A stretch of 61,515 nt of DNA, counting the filler, from Sphacelaria rigidula (taxonomy: Eukaryota): NCBI GenBank assembly GCA_964200075.2. It is 10 parts of 10 records of this genome, joined end to end, with 100 filler letters (N's around TTAATTAATTAA, not from the genome) between each part and the next. Parts side by side here need not be neighbours in the genome. Positions count along the whole stretch, not along the records: positions 1 to 6,062 come from CAXNAA020022488.1; positions 6,163 to 12,224 come from CAXNAA020022489.1; 8 more parts are not named here. One strand, written 5' to 3'. The first letter of the stretch is position 1; each line of letters starts with the position of its first letter. The notes below the pieces were generated by a model that was not told the DNA's origin, searched no databases, and was given only the letters and a program-made list of their open reading frames with translations. This document shows positions 1 to 12,324 of the stretch, in pieces. The translations under genes and the position numbers were made by a program.

Positions 1-198
1 GGGAAAGCACGGCTTTTGAGTTGAACCTCATTTATTTTTTCAACCCCATTTTCGAAAATCGGCTGTTTATTACTGAATACAGCGCAACTTTCCCATCTCG
101 GAGAACCGTGGGCCGCGAAGCGGCTCAGCGCGATATTATCAGCCTCCAATTCATCAAACTTCATCCCTGCCCCGACCAACGTTACTGAGGGTGATGAA

Positions 199-411
199 TC
201 ATTCAGGCGGAACTGAAGACGACATATCGCGGTAGATCTTGAGGTTGTCGGAAAACACGAACGTGTCAGTGGCCGTAGGGAAGCCCGAAGCAGGGCATTT
301 CCAGACGAGGAACACCATTTTGCTGTCCTCGGACACGTCGATCACCGGAGCGGCCAAGTCGCTCGTGTCACTCAGCACTTTGAACAGACCGGTGAACAGC
401 GACCGGACCTC
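199..411 (-). CDS. Terminal exon of an NTF2/SnoaL-like domain protein (EVRSLFTGLFKVLSDTSDLAAPVIDVSEDSKMVFLVWKCPASGFPTATDTFVFSDNLKIYR...)
   Basis: Acceptor tgtgtgcag|GAG at 411, phase 0, joins the exon at 1526-1618. The peptide has the helix plus beta-strand pattern (VFLVW...ATDTFVF...KI) of SnoaL-like folds. Confidence 0.8.
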   Translation of the reverse strand, partial: EVRSLFTGLFKVLSDTSDLAAPVIDVSEDSKMVFLVWKCPASGFPTATDTFVFSDNLKIYRDMSSSVPPE

Positions 412-1525
412 CTGCACACAGCCAAGAGCAACACCAATAACAACAACAAACCGACGCACAGTGCAGGAGGAAGGCAACTGAGGAATTACATTGAATAAAT
501 TCGAGTGCTGGGGAACATCATCGGCTGTTGGTTAGCTGGTCAAGACGTGGAATGTCCGGGGAACAGAAAGTGATGAAATCGTCTCTTTTCGTCTTTTGTG
601 ACTACTATAAATACAATCCACCGTTCACCTGTGTCTTGAAAAGCTTGAAAAGACGAGGTCCCGTTTCTGCCCAGGTGAACAAAAAACTTCACCAGCCCTG
701 TTGCCGCCACAATTTCCCCGTGAGACAGTATGTTACGTGTGCTATCTTTGATTTTGGCCTGTAGCTTGCTCGAGTCAGGATGTGTACTTGTGCACACCTG
801 TGATCATTCACAGCCCCAATATCTTGAACGAGGGCCAATTTTGATGCTCGAATCTCAATTCGGTATATTCCGACACCCAGGGATGTCAACATCGTACGGA
901 CGTAACAACTTTTCTGGATATTTCAATTTTAGGGGCACTTGAGAAAACGAGGAAATGTCAACCCGCTCGTGTTTAACACACACATGCCTGCGGATTTTCA
1001 CAGAAGTACTTGTAGAACCTACAACATGGATGAACAAATACACCAACAGCAAAAGCTTGAATTCTTCGCTCCTCGCTTACTCCCCACGACGTTTACAAAT
1101 CATGACTGGAGGTTTCAGCCACAGATACATAATACCAAGATCATGACCATGATTCCCAATTTGATTTTCGATATTTTACCTTCCGACAAATCACGTCTAG
1201 AAAAATAAAAATGTCCCGAAAAATGTGTGATACAATGATATATCGGTTCCGCCTCGGACTTGTTCTCGTCAAATCTGAATCGCTTCGTTTAGTGCATGCG
1301 GGAGGGTGTGCGAAACTTCACACAGACACCTCTTGAATCCTTTGGAGCAAAATCTCCAACATACGCTTCCTCATCACTCATCCTGGGACCACTTCGCACG
1401 AGCCGTCCTGTACGTGAAAAAGGCGGAATGGATGATGGACTATCTCGAAAAATACACCGTTCTACCGCCAGTCCGAGAGAAACACTTGATCCGCATCATG
1501 ATGGTTGAGAGTATTGCATACATAC

Positions 1526-1618
1526 CTCCACGCCCTTGTAGGTAGTCTTCTCGCCCGTGGTGTGGTCGTACGTAACGACCTGACTGTTGTCATCGTAGTC
1601 TAGCAGAATCTTGTCCAC
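1526..1618 (-). CDS. Internal exon of the same NTF2/SnoaL-like gene (VDKILLDYDDNSQVVTYDHTTGEKTTYKGVE)
   Basis: ccgcag|GTG acceptor and GAG|GTATG donor; 93 nt, phase 0-0. The DKILLDY...YKG..EVR..F pattern fits the N-terminal half of SnoaL/NTF2 domains. Confidence 0.8.
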
Positions 1619-1667
1619 CTGCGGTAATGTGCGACAAAGCGAGTAAAGGCGAGAGGTCGCGTTTAGA

Positions 1668-2010
1668 TGTGTGTGCGTTGTCATTCCATCCATTCTGAAC
1701 GCCAGTCTAGAAGTATCGGTATATGTGGGCGCGTCAGCCGCGGTCACAAAGGAGGAACGTCAATACGGGAGTAATTTAATTTCACTTGTTAAAGCACCCC
1801 ACCTTCCTTCTGGGGTGCTTGCCTTTTTTTATCGCGAGAAAGGTTTAGCGGTTCCTTTCCCTCGGGCGACGTGAGGTCGAACTTTCTTTATCCACGACGC
1901 AGTCACTCTCCCTGTTGCACATGGTGTAACAAAAAATCCCGGATCGTGTGACTTCACCGAGGCTCGGTCCCTAGATCGCACGTACGTGACCCTTCCGATC
2001 GTGAATTTCG
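1668..2010 (-). mobile_element. tRNA-derived SINE copy (family 1), degenerate
   Basis: The reverse complement shares body motifs (cacaccatg..caacag.gagag.gact; cgcccacatatacc; ccagaata.atgg.a.gacaac) with the SINE copies at 22833 and 42604. Confidence 0.7.
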
Positions 2011-2741
2011 TCATCCGGTCTGATCCATCGATGCATTGTTGTTCGCCATATTCTGGTCAGTAGTACATTAATTACTATGAAAAACGCAACTTTCCCGCAT
2101 ATACAGTACGTCGATAGCATTTTTATCTAACTACGAGCGCGTCGGGATCGATTGTAGATAATGCAGCACAGGTTTGAGCCGAATGCGTTGTACTCTCTTG
2201 AAAATGACGTATAGAGCATTTCTCATTTTGTCCCCACAAGACGCTAGAGAGCATCTTCGCAGGCTCCCCTTTCTACGGCGTACGGAGGTGTTAGTTCTGC
2301 AGCTTTCCCTTCCTCGTCCCTTCATCCCCTCATCCCCGAGACTCAGCCAACGGTCGTTTCGGTTGATCCTGCGGCATCAATCACGTCATTTGTATCGCTT
2401 CAGGCAGGACGTGTTGTGGCTTCTAGACTCTAGTCATCGTTGGACCGCCAGGGTGGGTCATCCGGGTCTTGCGTTCATTCTTCACGTGAAGATAACGTCA
2501 ATTCAACAGATACCCCATCCTGGTTGGTTGCCAGAGGTATCAGAAGAGGGCACATCTCAGCACGTTTCTCTCCCCACCATCTGTCTTTAAGATCAGAAAT
2601 AGGAAATAAATGGTGAAAATGTTTCACGAATGGAACACTCGAAATTGTTCGACAGACTTCTGAAGCACTTGTACAAGCCGGAGGAGACGACCGGCGTAGG
2701 TAGCGGCCCTCCTCGAATTAGCTCCACGTAATGCGGAGAAC

Positions 2742-2990
2742 AAGTACACTACGATTCTTGAAGACAACCACGGTACCATTCAATCGGACAACAACCCACC
2801 CAGTAGTGGTCGGAACATGCATACCGATGGACTCGACGTCATCACTTTCTCTGTGAGCTAGTAGGTGACGATAAGGTTTGGGTCGAGTACATTCGATCCG
2901 AACCAAACGCGCCGACACCATCACCAAGGCTGTGACTAGGGCAAATTTCGAGTACCACAGGAATACAATCATGAATATCAAGTTTGCTGA
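2742..2990 (+). mobile_element. Ty1/Copia RNase H C-terminal remnant (frameshifted)
   Basis: Translates across frameshifts as ILEDNHGTIQSDNNPPSSGRNMHTD..RRHHFLCELVGDDKVWVEYI..ADTITKAVTRANFEYHRNTIMNI. This matches the Copia EDN..A...NP...RTKHID.RHHF...ADI.TK motif string. Confidence 0.75.
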
Positions 2991-3748
2991 GCGGTTTTCT
3001 TCAGAACGCTTGTAGATGAATATCTTAAATGAGGATTGAGTTATTCACTGCCAGTACATATATGCGCCTGAGTGAGTTAAGTTACTACTGTGATGGGGAG
3101 GGCAAGCGCGCACGACAAGCACGCATGCAAATTAGGCAGGATGGTTCATCCAATAACCTGCTCCATTTATTATTCGCGTGTCCACAAATAGTCAGCACCC
3201 CCGTCATAGCTCCACACAATGATAGGTTGATATCCACTTGATCTAGAAGACTGTTGTTCACTAGTATTCCTTATCGCTCTGTTCAATGCCCTTTCACATC
3301 TCTCACCGGACTAGTTAGTTCGCGATGCTGCCTCGGTCATGAACGAGACAGGGGGGGGTGGCTACTATGATCGCTGCCTATTCCCTTACCATCAAGCTCA
3401 CATCAAGCTCACATGCTCACATCCAGTCTGATCAAGCCCGATGAAACCTGCAACCCCACAGTCCTTGATTTGGCCATAAACGCTCTCATGACACTAGCCC
3501 ACCCAGACGAGCCTTGACCACAGTTGCGATGATAGTCTCGAAAGGCAACGAAACATGAGGCTTTTCTTCACGTGAAGTCATGAGTGGCAACAAAGGCGAA
3601 CCCGGAAAATAAAAATGGTGGGGAAACATCCGACCGTCGTGACTGGAAGAAAAGCCCAGCCAATACCAATAGGGCAATGTCCAACCCTCTGCCCGATCTT
3701 CCCACACCTCACACAAAGGAAGCATAATTCGCTCAATTTTTTTCTGAT

Positions 3749-4703
3749 AAAGCCTTGAATTCGCGTATTGGTTTTTGCGTTTTGCTCTGGGACTTTCAGA
3801 CGTATACCTTTGAATCCGCTGAGTACGTCTCACACACGTCGCAACGTATTGACTCCGCTTCCTCCCCCAACATGGGAAATCGACCGCGGCGCCGTAGGCG
3901 GAGTCAAACCAAACGATGTTCCAGATTTCCTGGAAAAGATGCCGATTCATCGTCCACTTCGCGAGAACCATCTTCGAGCGCTGGTCGATCAATAGGATTT
4001 GACGATTAAGCCAAGCCACATCGATCCCCCCCCCATCCAGTTCCGACTCCGAACGCTGTGTGGTGTCCCGCACCTCGCCGTCGGGGTGATCACTCGCGCT
4101 ACACAGTAGCGAGAAAACGATGACTATACCATTATAGGAGATAGATGGTGGCCACAGACGGCAAAGCAGGACGGGGATAAGATATGTAAAAGATCTTGTG
4201 TGGTGCACGCAAGAAGCGTAATGAGCACCTGAATGTTGGAGGTGTCTTTATTAGGAGTAGGAACGGTGCTCCGTCTTGAAAGGGATGCGTGGTCAATGGC
4301 CAAACGATCATGGGGAGCAACAAATGAGTGCGCCCGCCCCCGATCACTTGCTGATCACTCCGACGGCGAGGTGCGGGACACCACACTGCGTTCGGAGTCG
4401 GAACTGGATGGGGGGGGTGGACTGGCTTGGATTGGTCGTCGAATCCTATAGATCGACCAGCGCTCGAAGATGGTTTCCGCGAAGTGGAAGATGGATCGGC
4501 ACATTTTCCAGAAGATCTGGAACATACTTTGATTTGACTCCGCCTACGGCGCCGCCTACGGCGGCACGGTTGATTGCCCGTGTCGGGGGAGCAACCAGAG
4601 GAAATACGTTGCGACATGGATGAAAAGTACTCAGCGGATTCGAAGCTATACGTCTGAAAGACCCAGAGCAAAATGCAAGAATCAATACGCGAATCGAGGC
4701 TTT
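3749..4703. mobile_element. Fold-back (palindromic) element with ~345-bp arms at 3749-4092 and 4352-4703
   Basis: The arms are reverse complements with scattered mismatches, e.g. aaagccttgaattcgcgtattg versus caatacgcgaatcgaggcttt. Confidence 0.85.
4100..4341 (+). mobile_element. 5'-truncated LINE family A 3' end inserted in the centre of the fold-back
   Basis: Matches 58895-59116 (ggagatagatggtgg..cagacgg...aatgttggaggtgtc...gggatgcgtggtcaatgg...caacaaatgagt). Flanked by gatcactcgc/gatcacttgc direct repeats. Confidence 0.85.
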
Positions 4704-4989
4704 CTTTTTTCCTCCCTTCTTTTCGTTTCAATAAAAAGAATGAAAACACCAAGTAAAATCGAAGTCTTGGATGCGCGGTAGGGTGTTCAGACAACCACAG
4801 CACAGGGGCGAATGTCAGGGAAAGTAAATAACTCAGATGCTCAATAAAAATGATCGATAAAACAAAGAAAAGGAATAAAGATAATATTTTATGGCAGTTA
4901 CCAATCTCGTTTTCTTACGCAAATCGGGGGGAAAAACACCGGGGAACGTATTTTATGGACCCCGATACGGGTCAAATCGGGGGAAAGCT

Positions 4990-5721
4990 AAGGTCTCCCC
5001 GATGTTGAGGAGGTAGCGTACGTACATTGACGTACGATGATATGGTACGAGGCGTTTGATATTTTTGCAACCGCAGCAGAAGACAGTCTTGTGACAGCGC
5101 AGGGCGTGCCTGCCCGCGCCAGCTGCTGAAGTAGCTTCGCACGGGGTTTGACATGTGGATAACAAGTGCTGACGCCGTACCCTACGGCGATTGTAATATC
5201 AATATTTTGTGCTGCACGAGGGGGGGTGGGGGGTAAACCCCTCCGATGAGGATTGTCGTTTTGGCATGCAGTGCTTGATACACCTGGTATGCTTGCACGT
5301 ATGACTGTCCCTCGAGGGGTCGAAAGATGGAACCTTGCGATTCTTAGTTCATTGGTTGGTGGTATTTGGGGCCTTGATTCTCGCCCGTAGTCGGGCCCTA
5401 TGTTCATTTCTACTTGGCCTCGCGCGTCGAGTTGGAAAACCGGGTGCCACTCCCTAAAGTTCGAATGGCCACCTGCGGCATCGGATCTTCTGAGGTTAGC
5501 CATATGTATCCTCTTTCTTCTTTATTATGTATCCCTGTTTTGCTTGTATCGCGTTTTGTGATTTTTAATCTAGGTCTATTTTTTTATTTTTTTATTTACT
5601 ATTACCTTGTTATATGTAGGTGGGCTGTGTCCACGGAAGGCGTTCGCATCAGATGCCCAGTGAGAATGTACCGCGCAGATATCGGAACGGTTTTTAATGT
5701 GAAGACAACAACAACAACAAC
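4990..5721 (+). mobile_element. RTE-like LINE 3' remnant ending in an (ACA)n tail
   Basis: The 3' end ggcgttcgcatcagatgcccagt...gatatcggaacggtttttaatgtgaagacaacaac recurs at 6163, ~25770-25830(-), ~29805-29920(-) and 42980-43032. Short-repeat tails are typical of RTE-clade elements; the clade call is an inference. Confidence 0.6.
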
Positions 5722-6062
5722 TGCGCTGCCATATGTATCACCATGATGCACGGTACTGTACTATCCTAGTCTGCTGTCGCTTTACTTGCAGGGTGATGTA
5801 TGGCACTGCACTACTGGACTCTTCTTGCGCAAGGTTTCTTCACTGTTCTCGCAATACGGACTGTGCCATCAGGGATGCCACACGGCATTATCATGTACTG
5901 TAATGATGGAGTGTCCTACCTACCCTGTATCACCTTAGGGTACCAAAGTACGACACTGAACTCGAAGGATTTTTCACCACCTGCCTGCTCTTCGGCTTCA
6001 CGAGTACTGTACGCTCTGAGGACCGGCGCCCGGATGGGTAGGGTGACTCGTGTACAGAGTCG

Positions 6063-6162
6063 NNNNNNNNNNNNNNNNNNNNNNNNNNNNNNNNNNNNNN
6101 NNNNNNTTAATTAATTAANNNNNNNNNNNNNNNNNNNNNNNNNNNNNNNNNNNNNNNNNNNN
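6063..6162. other. Artificial contig linker (N44-TTAATTAATTAA-N44)
   Basis: Identical 100-nt spacer with stops in all six frames; recurs every ~6.16 kb. Confidence 0.98.
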
Positions 6163-6464
6163 GTGAAGACAACAACAACAACAACAACGACAGCAGTCAC
6201 AGTCACAGTCACAACGTGCCCCTCCGAGTCTTACACGAAGTCCGATACGCTGTATGTGGTCGCTTGTCACTGAACCCTTTGAGTCCTGAGGAGATTATCG
6301 GCATGTAGCTGTAAGTAAGCACACGACAGTGTTACAGGCAAGGAAAAGCACACTGTCGATGAACGCTAGACTCTCGAACTCGAAAATATTGCGAGTAGTC
6401 GAATGCTGCAAAGGTGAGACCCCGTTGCGTTACGTGTTCACGCGTTTGTTTTCGTCACACTTCC

Positions 6465-6496
<32 letters not shown>

Positions 6497-6637
6497 ACAA
6501 CATAAACCGGGGGGGGGGAGGGGGCGGGGAAGAAAAACCTCTCCNNNNNNNNNNGCAAAGGTTGGTCCCCGTTTGGTTTCGTGTTCCCGCGTTTGTTTTC
6601 GTCCCACTCCCCCCCCCCCCCCCCCCGCGCGCACTCA

Positions 6638-6912
6638 GAACTGAAGATATACAGGTGGTGAGGGAGGGGATAGGGATAGAAACATGTCCGCACGGCCCCA
6701 TGGGCTACGCGAAAAAGATGAAACGGTGATTTCAGGTGAAGGAGGAGGAATCAGATGCACAGAATCGCTGCTGTGGCAAAAGCAATAGAGAGTAGAACTC
6801 ATAGTGTGGGAGAATGTGATCTATACAAGACGGAACGGTACATACTAGAGGAAGAGATGTGGGAAGTAATCGAAGGTGGCATGGCACTCCTTCACGCGTC
6901 GGACAGAACAAT
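6638..6912 (+). mobile_element. LINE family A internal fragment (C-terminal zinc-knuckle region)
   Basis: Similar to 58588-58900 (ctgaagatata...gatgcacagaat..ctgtggca.agca.tagagag.agaactcata). Confidence 0.75.
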
Positions 6913-8492
6913 ATCGGTGTCACCCGGGTCATACAAGTAGAGGGTGAACACATTTGTGTGCACGATTCGAAATGACGGTCCTTGTGCTTCGGATATCATC
7001 GATCACGAGGACTGTATCTTGTACGAGTGATGGGGGTATAACAGGTTGTTACTGGCGTTTCGATTACACCCGATTTGAATTACACATGTGTGTCTAAGGA
7101 GTATACAAATCACTTCTGGAGACCCTGGTACGAAAACGCGGGTAATACAGATCCCCATCAAGCCGACTTGTGAGAATCACACGGGGCATACAGATCGTTC
7201 ATCAGTTCATGTGTACAGAGCAACCGGGTTGTTGAGGTCACCAGCCGAGAAATGTGTATAGGTTAAACGGGTCACATGGACATCAGACCATTCGCAGATC
7301 GCAAAGATCATACGCTGATCATTGGGCGCGCTTGCGGGACCCACCATTCATCAACGCCCGTAATACGCACGTTGATGATTTTCCCCCGGATATGTTTGTC
7401 AGACGCTGGCCGAACAGCGCCATGATGAGTAAAGTGGGCATAGAGCTCCATCTTGTTTCTTTCTTTTCCCGCCGCGCATGAGTGCGCACCCAGAACAATG
7501 AAATAGGAAAACAGTCGTCCATACTGCCGCTGGCACAACCATTGTTGACATTGTTGCGCAAGAATTGCCTCCAAGGTAGTCAATGCTGACGCTCAGACGT
7601 GTAGGAACTACATGAGAGTGGATTCAGTGGGCCTTGCTATCAGCAAAGCGGTGCGTCTTGTGCGAGATGACCTCGCTCCTGAGGCCCATGACATTCCCCG
7701 TTTCTTGCACACCTCTACACTGCGGTGACCATGCGAGCAGATCAAAGTTCCAAAATGATACTCGAACACCTGAACAATCAGTCCTGCGAATAGATATGCG
7801 TCCTTCATGTTCCATGTGCCCGGGCTTTCACAGCCGAACCTACGAACTTGTGAACACGCACAATATCTCCGGGCCATACAGGTCAGCAGGTGAGGGAACA
7901 CTGAAAAGATACTGTTTCTTGTATCCTTGATTCGGATCTTACGGGTGCGGGAAACTATTTGTATTCTAGATTCGTATTCCATGGATGAGGGGTTAGCTTT
8001 TGGTATAAATGGGATTCAAACCGCACCAATCGACGAGAATCTGCTGCGTTTGCCTGAGCCGAGTTATAGATGGCAAGTATGTCATGTACAGATGTGACAC
8101 AGTTCTGCAGATAAGTGGTACGAGTACGCGAAAGTGTGTGTGGAGCAGGTCGTACAGCTCGTCGCTCGGCAAATATGTACCGGTCAACCGGGTCCAACAG
8201 ATCACCATCCGACAAACGTGCACAGTTGACAGCACACCTCGGACAGATCACGATTCATGTCCCAAACGAGTCGACCCGGATCTGTCACAAGCTGATCTGT
8301 CCGACGTGTGAGTCGTTTGGTACATCAGACAGCGACAAAACGATCGCTATGCTTTTGTAGCTCTCAGCCATCAGCCATGTAGGAGATACAAAAAAAGTAC
8401 TGAATGATAAACAAATACCTCAAACGACAACCCAGGATACACTCGCGCAAGCCCTCCATGGTCATCTATCGCAATCATCCCCTACTACGACT

Positions 8493-8709
8493 GAGGGCAA
8501 TAGTCAAATGACTAAGGCAGGCAAGGAATGAGTACCCCCCCCCCCCCCCCCCCCCCCCCCCCCACCACCAAAAAACATACAAACAACAACAAAAAACCGA
8601 AAAACAACAAAAAAAACAANNNNNNNNNNCGCAACCACCCCCCACTACACCAGAGGGCAAAAGCAAAAAGACAAAGGCAGGCAAGAAAGGAGTCCCCCCC
8701 CCCCCCCCC
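8493..8709 (+). mobile_element. Very short LINE family A 3' end plus poly-C tract (duplicated across an internal N gap)
   Basis: caatagtcaaatgactaaggcaggcaaggaatgagtac followed by a C run. Flanked by cccctactacgact (8479-8492) and cccccactaggact (8710-8723). Confidence 0.7.
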
Positions 8710-8782
8710 CCCCCACTAGGACTACATGTATAATAATGATAGCATAACGCAAGGGATATAACCAGACATTGTGACAACTCAC

Positions 8783-8881
8783 AGCAGCTTCCCTCTGTCG
8801 CGCGTTCGCCACATTCTCCTTGTACTCGAGAACCGCTGCCGCCCGTGCCTCCGCCTCTTCTTGCGCCGCTGTTTGCTTCAT
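8783..8881 (-). CDS. Isolated exon of a coiled-coil protein (MKQTAAQEEAEARAAAVLEYKENVANARQREAA)
   Basis: gtgtattcgacag| acceptor and GCT|GTGAGT donor; 99 nt, phase 0-0; helical, charged composition. Confidence 0.7.
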
Positions 8882-9368
8882 CTGTCGAATACACACACAC
8901 GGACCCAAGAGGGGCGATTACAGTATCATGTATGGTATCCAGCCAAATCCATACAAATTCGTACATAAAATGCTAAACGCAAAAACAAATCTTGACGCTC
9001 GTGCAGTACCGCAAAAGGTAACGTCCGAGTACAGTATCATTGCGTTATCGAGGCACATGCTTTTCAGAGAGTAAAACCATAAGAAGACGAAAAAGGGAAG
9101 GAACAAAAAAGAAACCGAAAAACGGGAGAGATGGAACGACAACAAAAAACAAAAAAAATGACAAAAAAAACAGTGTTTTTCCACTCAAATTCGCGTATGT
9201 TTGAAATAGATGTTTAGGATGGGCGCTGCTTTCTATGGTGAACAGCTTCGCAATGCTGCACTTGAACACGTTTCTCCAAAACGTGCCCCTCCCCCCCCCC
9301 ATTTAAAGGGGGAACAAGAAAAAAAAACGCTTCATTCTTCACGCTTTTCAAATACCTCTGAAAAATAA

Positions 9369-9789
9369 CAGGGATATACACGTATAACACGTGACACATT
9401 TGAAAAAGCCGAGAAAAACGTAACTTTGGGCCAATTAACGCTACGTAAGTTTTGATTCTTTGGACGGAACAAATGTAACGTGACGTGACGTAGCGTGTGG
9501 ACCTTGAAGCAGTGCCTCTCGGGATTTCCTAGACGTGAAAAAAAATACATTGTTCATTTTTCAACGTGACACGTGACATGTTACAAATTCACGAAAAACG
9601 CAGAGTTTTCGTCACATTTGTAAAGTAAAACGCTATGGTGGGGTTCATGCGAAGGACCACAGGTTACATCACGTTACTTTAAATTTGTCCCGTCCAAGAA
9701 ATCAAACCTCACGTAGCGTTAATTGGCCCAAAGGTACGTTTTTTCGAATGCGTCACGTAAAAACGTCACGTGTAACGTGTATACCCATG
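9369..9789. mobile_element. MITE with ~140-bp imperfect TIRs (CAGGGATATACACGT...ACGTGTATACCCATG)
   Basis: Long inverted arms. Both ends are flanked by TAA (PIF/Harbinger-like); a decayed 8-bp hAT TSD is an alternative reading. Confidence 0.8.
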
Positions 9790-10289
9790 TAAACTAGTGA
9801 GTACCCCATCCCATCCCCTTTTCTGTATTAACTTTTTGAATCGTACCAGGGATCCTTGGTCAGCAACTTGGTATGGTCGAGATCATTTTCCAATGACTGC
9901 GTGATAGTAGCCGGGGTGTGTGCTGTGGTTTTCGGCATTATAGATTTACGGGACCGAGGGACAGATGGGTTTATTGCACGAGACCGCAGAGTACGGTACC
10001 GAGGAAGGAGGAAGGAGGCGGGGTGTAACGGGACAAGAAAGAAAGAAAATGAAACGTATAACTCACCCCCATGTTCAACGATCCGATACTCCCGATACTC
10101 GAAGTTGCCGTGATAGGAACAACGTGATTCAACCAAAGTACCTCACCAACTGCAGGCCAGGAGCCACAACCCCGAAATGTAGACAAACCTCGCTATGGAC
10201 GAGGCTGAGTTTAGGGGAGGGGAAGCGGGAGCAGGGTGTACTAATTGTCTTGTATGCCATAGTCATATAATCTTTGACTTCACATTGGC

Positions 10290-11270
10290 GTGTTTCGAAA
10301 CGTGTCCTGTAACGTGTGACGTATTTTATACGTTGCGTCACAATACACGTTACACATCACATTATTCCACGTTTGTGACGTCTGAATGAACGTCACAATC
10401 GTCACACGCTCAACTTGTACCACAATTAGTGTGAGATTAGCATATGTGATAATCGCATGATATGATACATGGGTTCAAGAATAGTGTGCATACGCCATCA
10501 TAATACGCACGCGATGTCAGCGATAGTTCAGCGCCACGGCAGCATGCACCGCCACACCACATCCAGCCATATCCATCATGTAGATATCCTGCATATACGC
10601 CCTGCGGTGTGAGCCATTAATTATAACAGTACATGATCGGATTGCTACGTTTTGATGCATTATGAAATGCCAATCGACTACCAGGTATCACCAACGTATG
10701 ATCTGTGCATACTTCCGTTTGTATGTGTACATCATGGCCTGTGCGCATATTGGTATCTCACTATCTGATTATCGTGAATCAATAACGTACTCATGTATTT
10801 ATTTGAAATTGCAACGTGTGAGTCAGGGACGCATGAGCGATTCACTTGCTGATACGCATTCTTCAATATCAAAATAGAGAGCAAAACGCGCCTCATACTC
10901 GAACAAGTCAGCCACCGCAAACCTCCCGTACCAAGTTTTGGTACATATAAAACCTTACAACGCCGTACGAGCGTTCACTTGCCCTCGACACGGTCGAAGT
11001 GTAGCATTTCATTTTACGTCACACGTCACAAACGTGAAGTATATTATTCGTTACGTCACAATAAGCGTTTCAAAATACGTTACATGTCACAAGCGTAGCG
11101 TATATTATTCATTACACGTCACAAGAAACAGTTCATTTTACGTTACACGTCACAAGCGTAACGTATAACTTTTTCATGGGTCACACATGTGACGTGACGT
11201 AAGGTGGAATTTTTTCATAGGTCACATTTGTGATGTAACGTGTAACGTGTAACGTGTAACGCAAAGAGCT
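10290..11270. repeat. ACGT-rich degenerate repeats (cacgtcaca/gtaacgt units), probably DNA-transposon subterminal repeats related to the 9369 MITE
   Basis: Many copies of ttacacgtcacaa and (tgtaacg)n at 10290-10410 and 11010-11262. Confidence 0.55.
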
Positions 11271-12224
11271 CTGGAAATTTTCTTGTTGGCCCCTTCTCCG
11301 TCGCTTCTAACCCAAAATGTCAAGCGGATGTCGACACCTTGGAATGAATTACTCTATTCGTTGAAACCGTTGCGGGCAACTTCGCGTTTTCCGCTGGCCG
11401 CAGTTTTATTCACGGCGAAACTTTCATTCTCAGTAACTGACCGTCGAGTAGTCGAAAACAGGAGAAAAACTGCCAGCTTTTTCATGACTCGCGCTAACTT
11501 GACCAAGATTTTTCTGCGGCGTGAGTGTATGTGTCTTGCCCGTATCAAAATTGTATGTTCACAGCTGGCTGGACGTCAATATCCTACTCAAAGATCCCAG
11601 AAGCTTCAGTGGCGCGCTACCACAGAGCGTACGAGGCTTCGTGTAAGGCCTGGAGGGGCATTTCGGAACTGAAAATATTTCAAGCAAAAACCGAACGTTT
11701 CTGAAATTATGGGGCTCCAGATATCTCCCAATTGACAAGGCCAAGTGGATAAAACTGTACGCGAGTACAACACATCGGGGTTCACCCCACGGCAACAGGC
11801 TGGTTTACGGTGATCACCCAAACCTGTGTCATCAGCAAATGCCTTTCGCAATACGCACCCAATATTCGCATGTATGATATCATACTGACCGCAATGAAGA
11901 GACGAAGAGGGTGACATAGCCGGATTTTTGTTCAAGGTCGTAGCGGTGGCGCTATGGACAAAAATGTGTCGTAGCCAATCAGCGCCCTTCGAACTGTTCC
12001 GAGATCGAAATCACGAATACCAAGCCCAATTTTCACCCAATCTCTACATGTTTTAAATCGTAGTAACCGTCATCGACACGGGAATCTAACGAGAAAATCA
12101 TGTTGTCAAAACGGTTACTACAAGGGTCGAATTATACCCGAAACCGTGATGTTTCCATGATGTCGGGTGTTGGCGTCATCTAATTTCCACTAATGACGGC
12201 ACGAAAGACCCAGGGAGCCTCGTG

Positions 12225-12324
12225 NNNNNNNNNNNNNNNNNNNNNNNNNNNNNNNNNNNNNNNNNNNNTTAATTAATTAANNNNNNNNNNNNNNNNNNNN
12301 NNNNNNNNNNNNNNNNNNNNNNNN
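12225..12324. other. Artificial contig linker
   Basis: N-TTAATTAATTAA-N spacer. Confidence 0.98.

Noticed and set aside
3486..4803. 240-aa and 223-aa ORFs as genes
   Set aside because: They run through the arms of a fold-back repeat and a LINE fragment, have no recognisable domain, and are mirrored on the opposite strand.
6414..6630. Duplicated sequence and poly-Pro/poly-Gly ORFs around short N gaps (also 8510-8715, 14555-14730, 52205-52355, 56480-57050)
   Set aside because: These are low-quality sequences flanking C/G homopolymers and scaffold gaps. The ORFs are translations of homopolymers.
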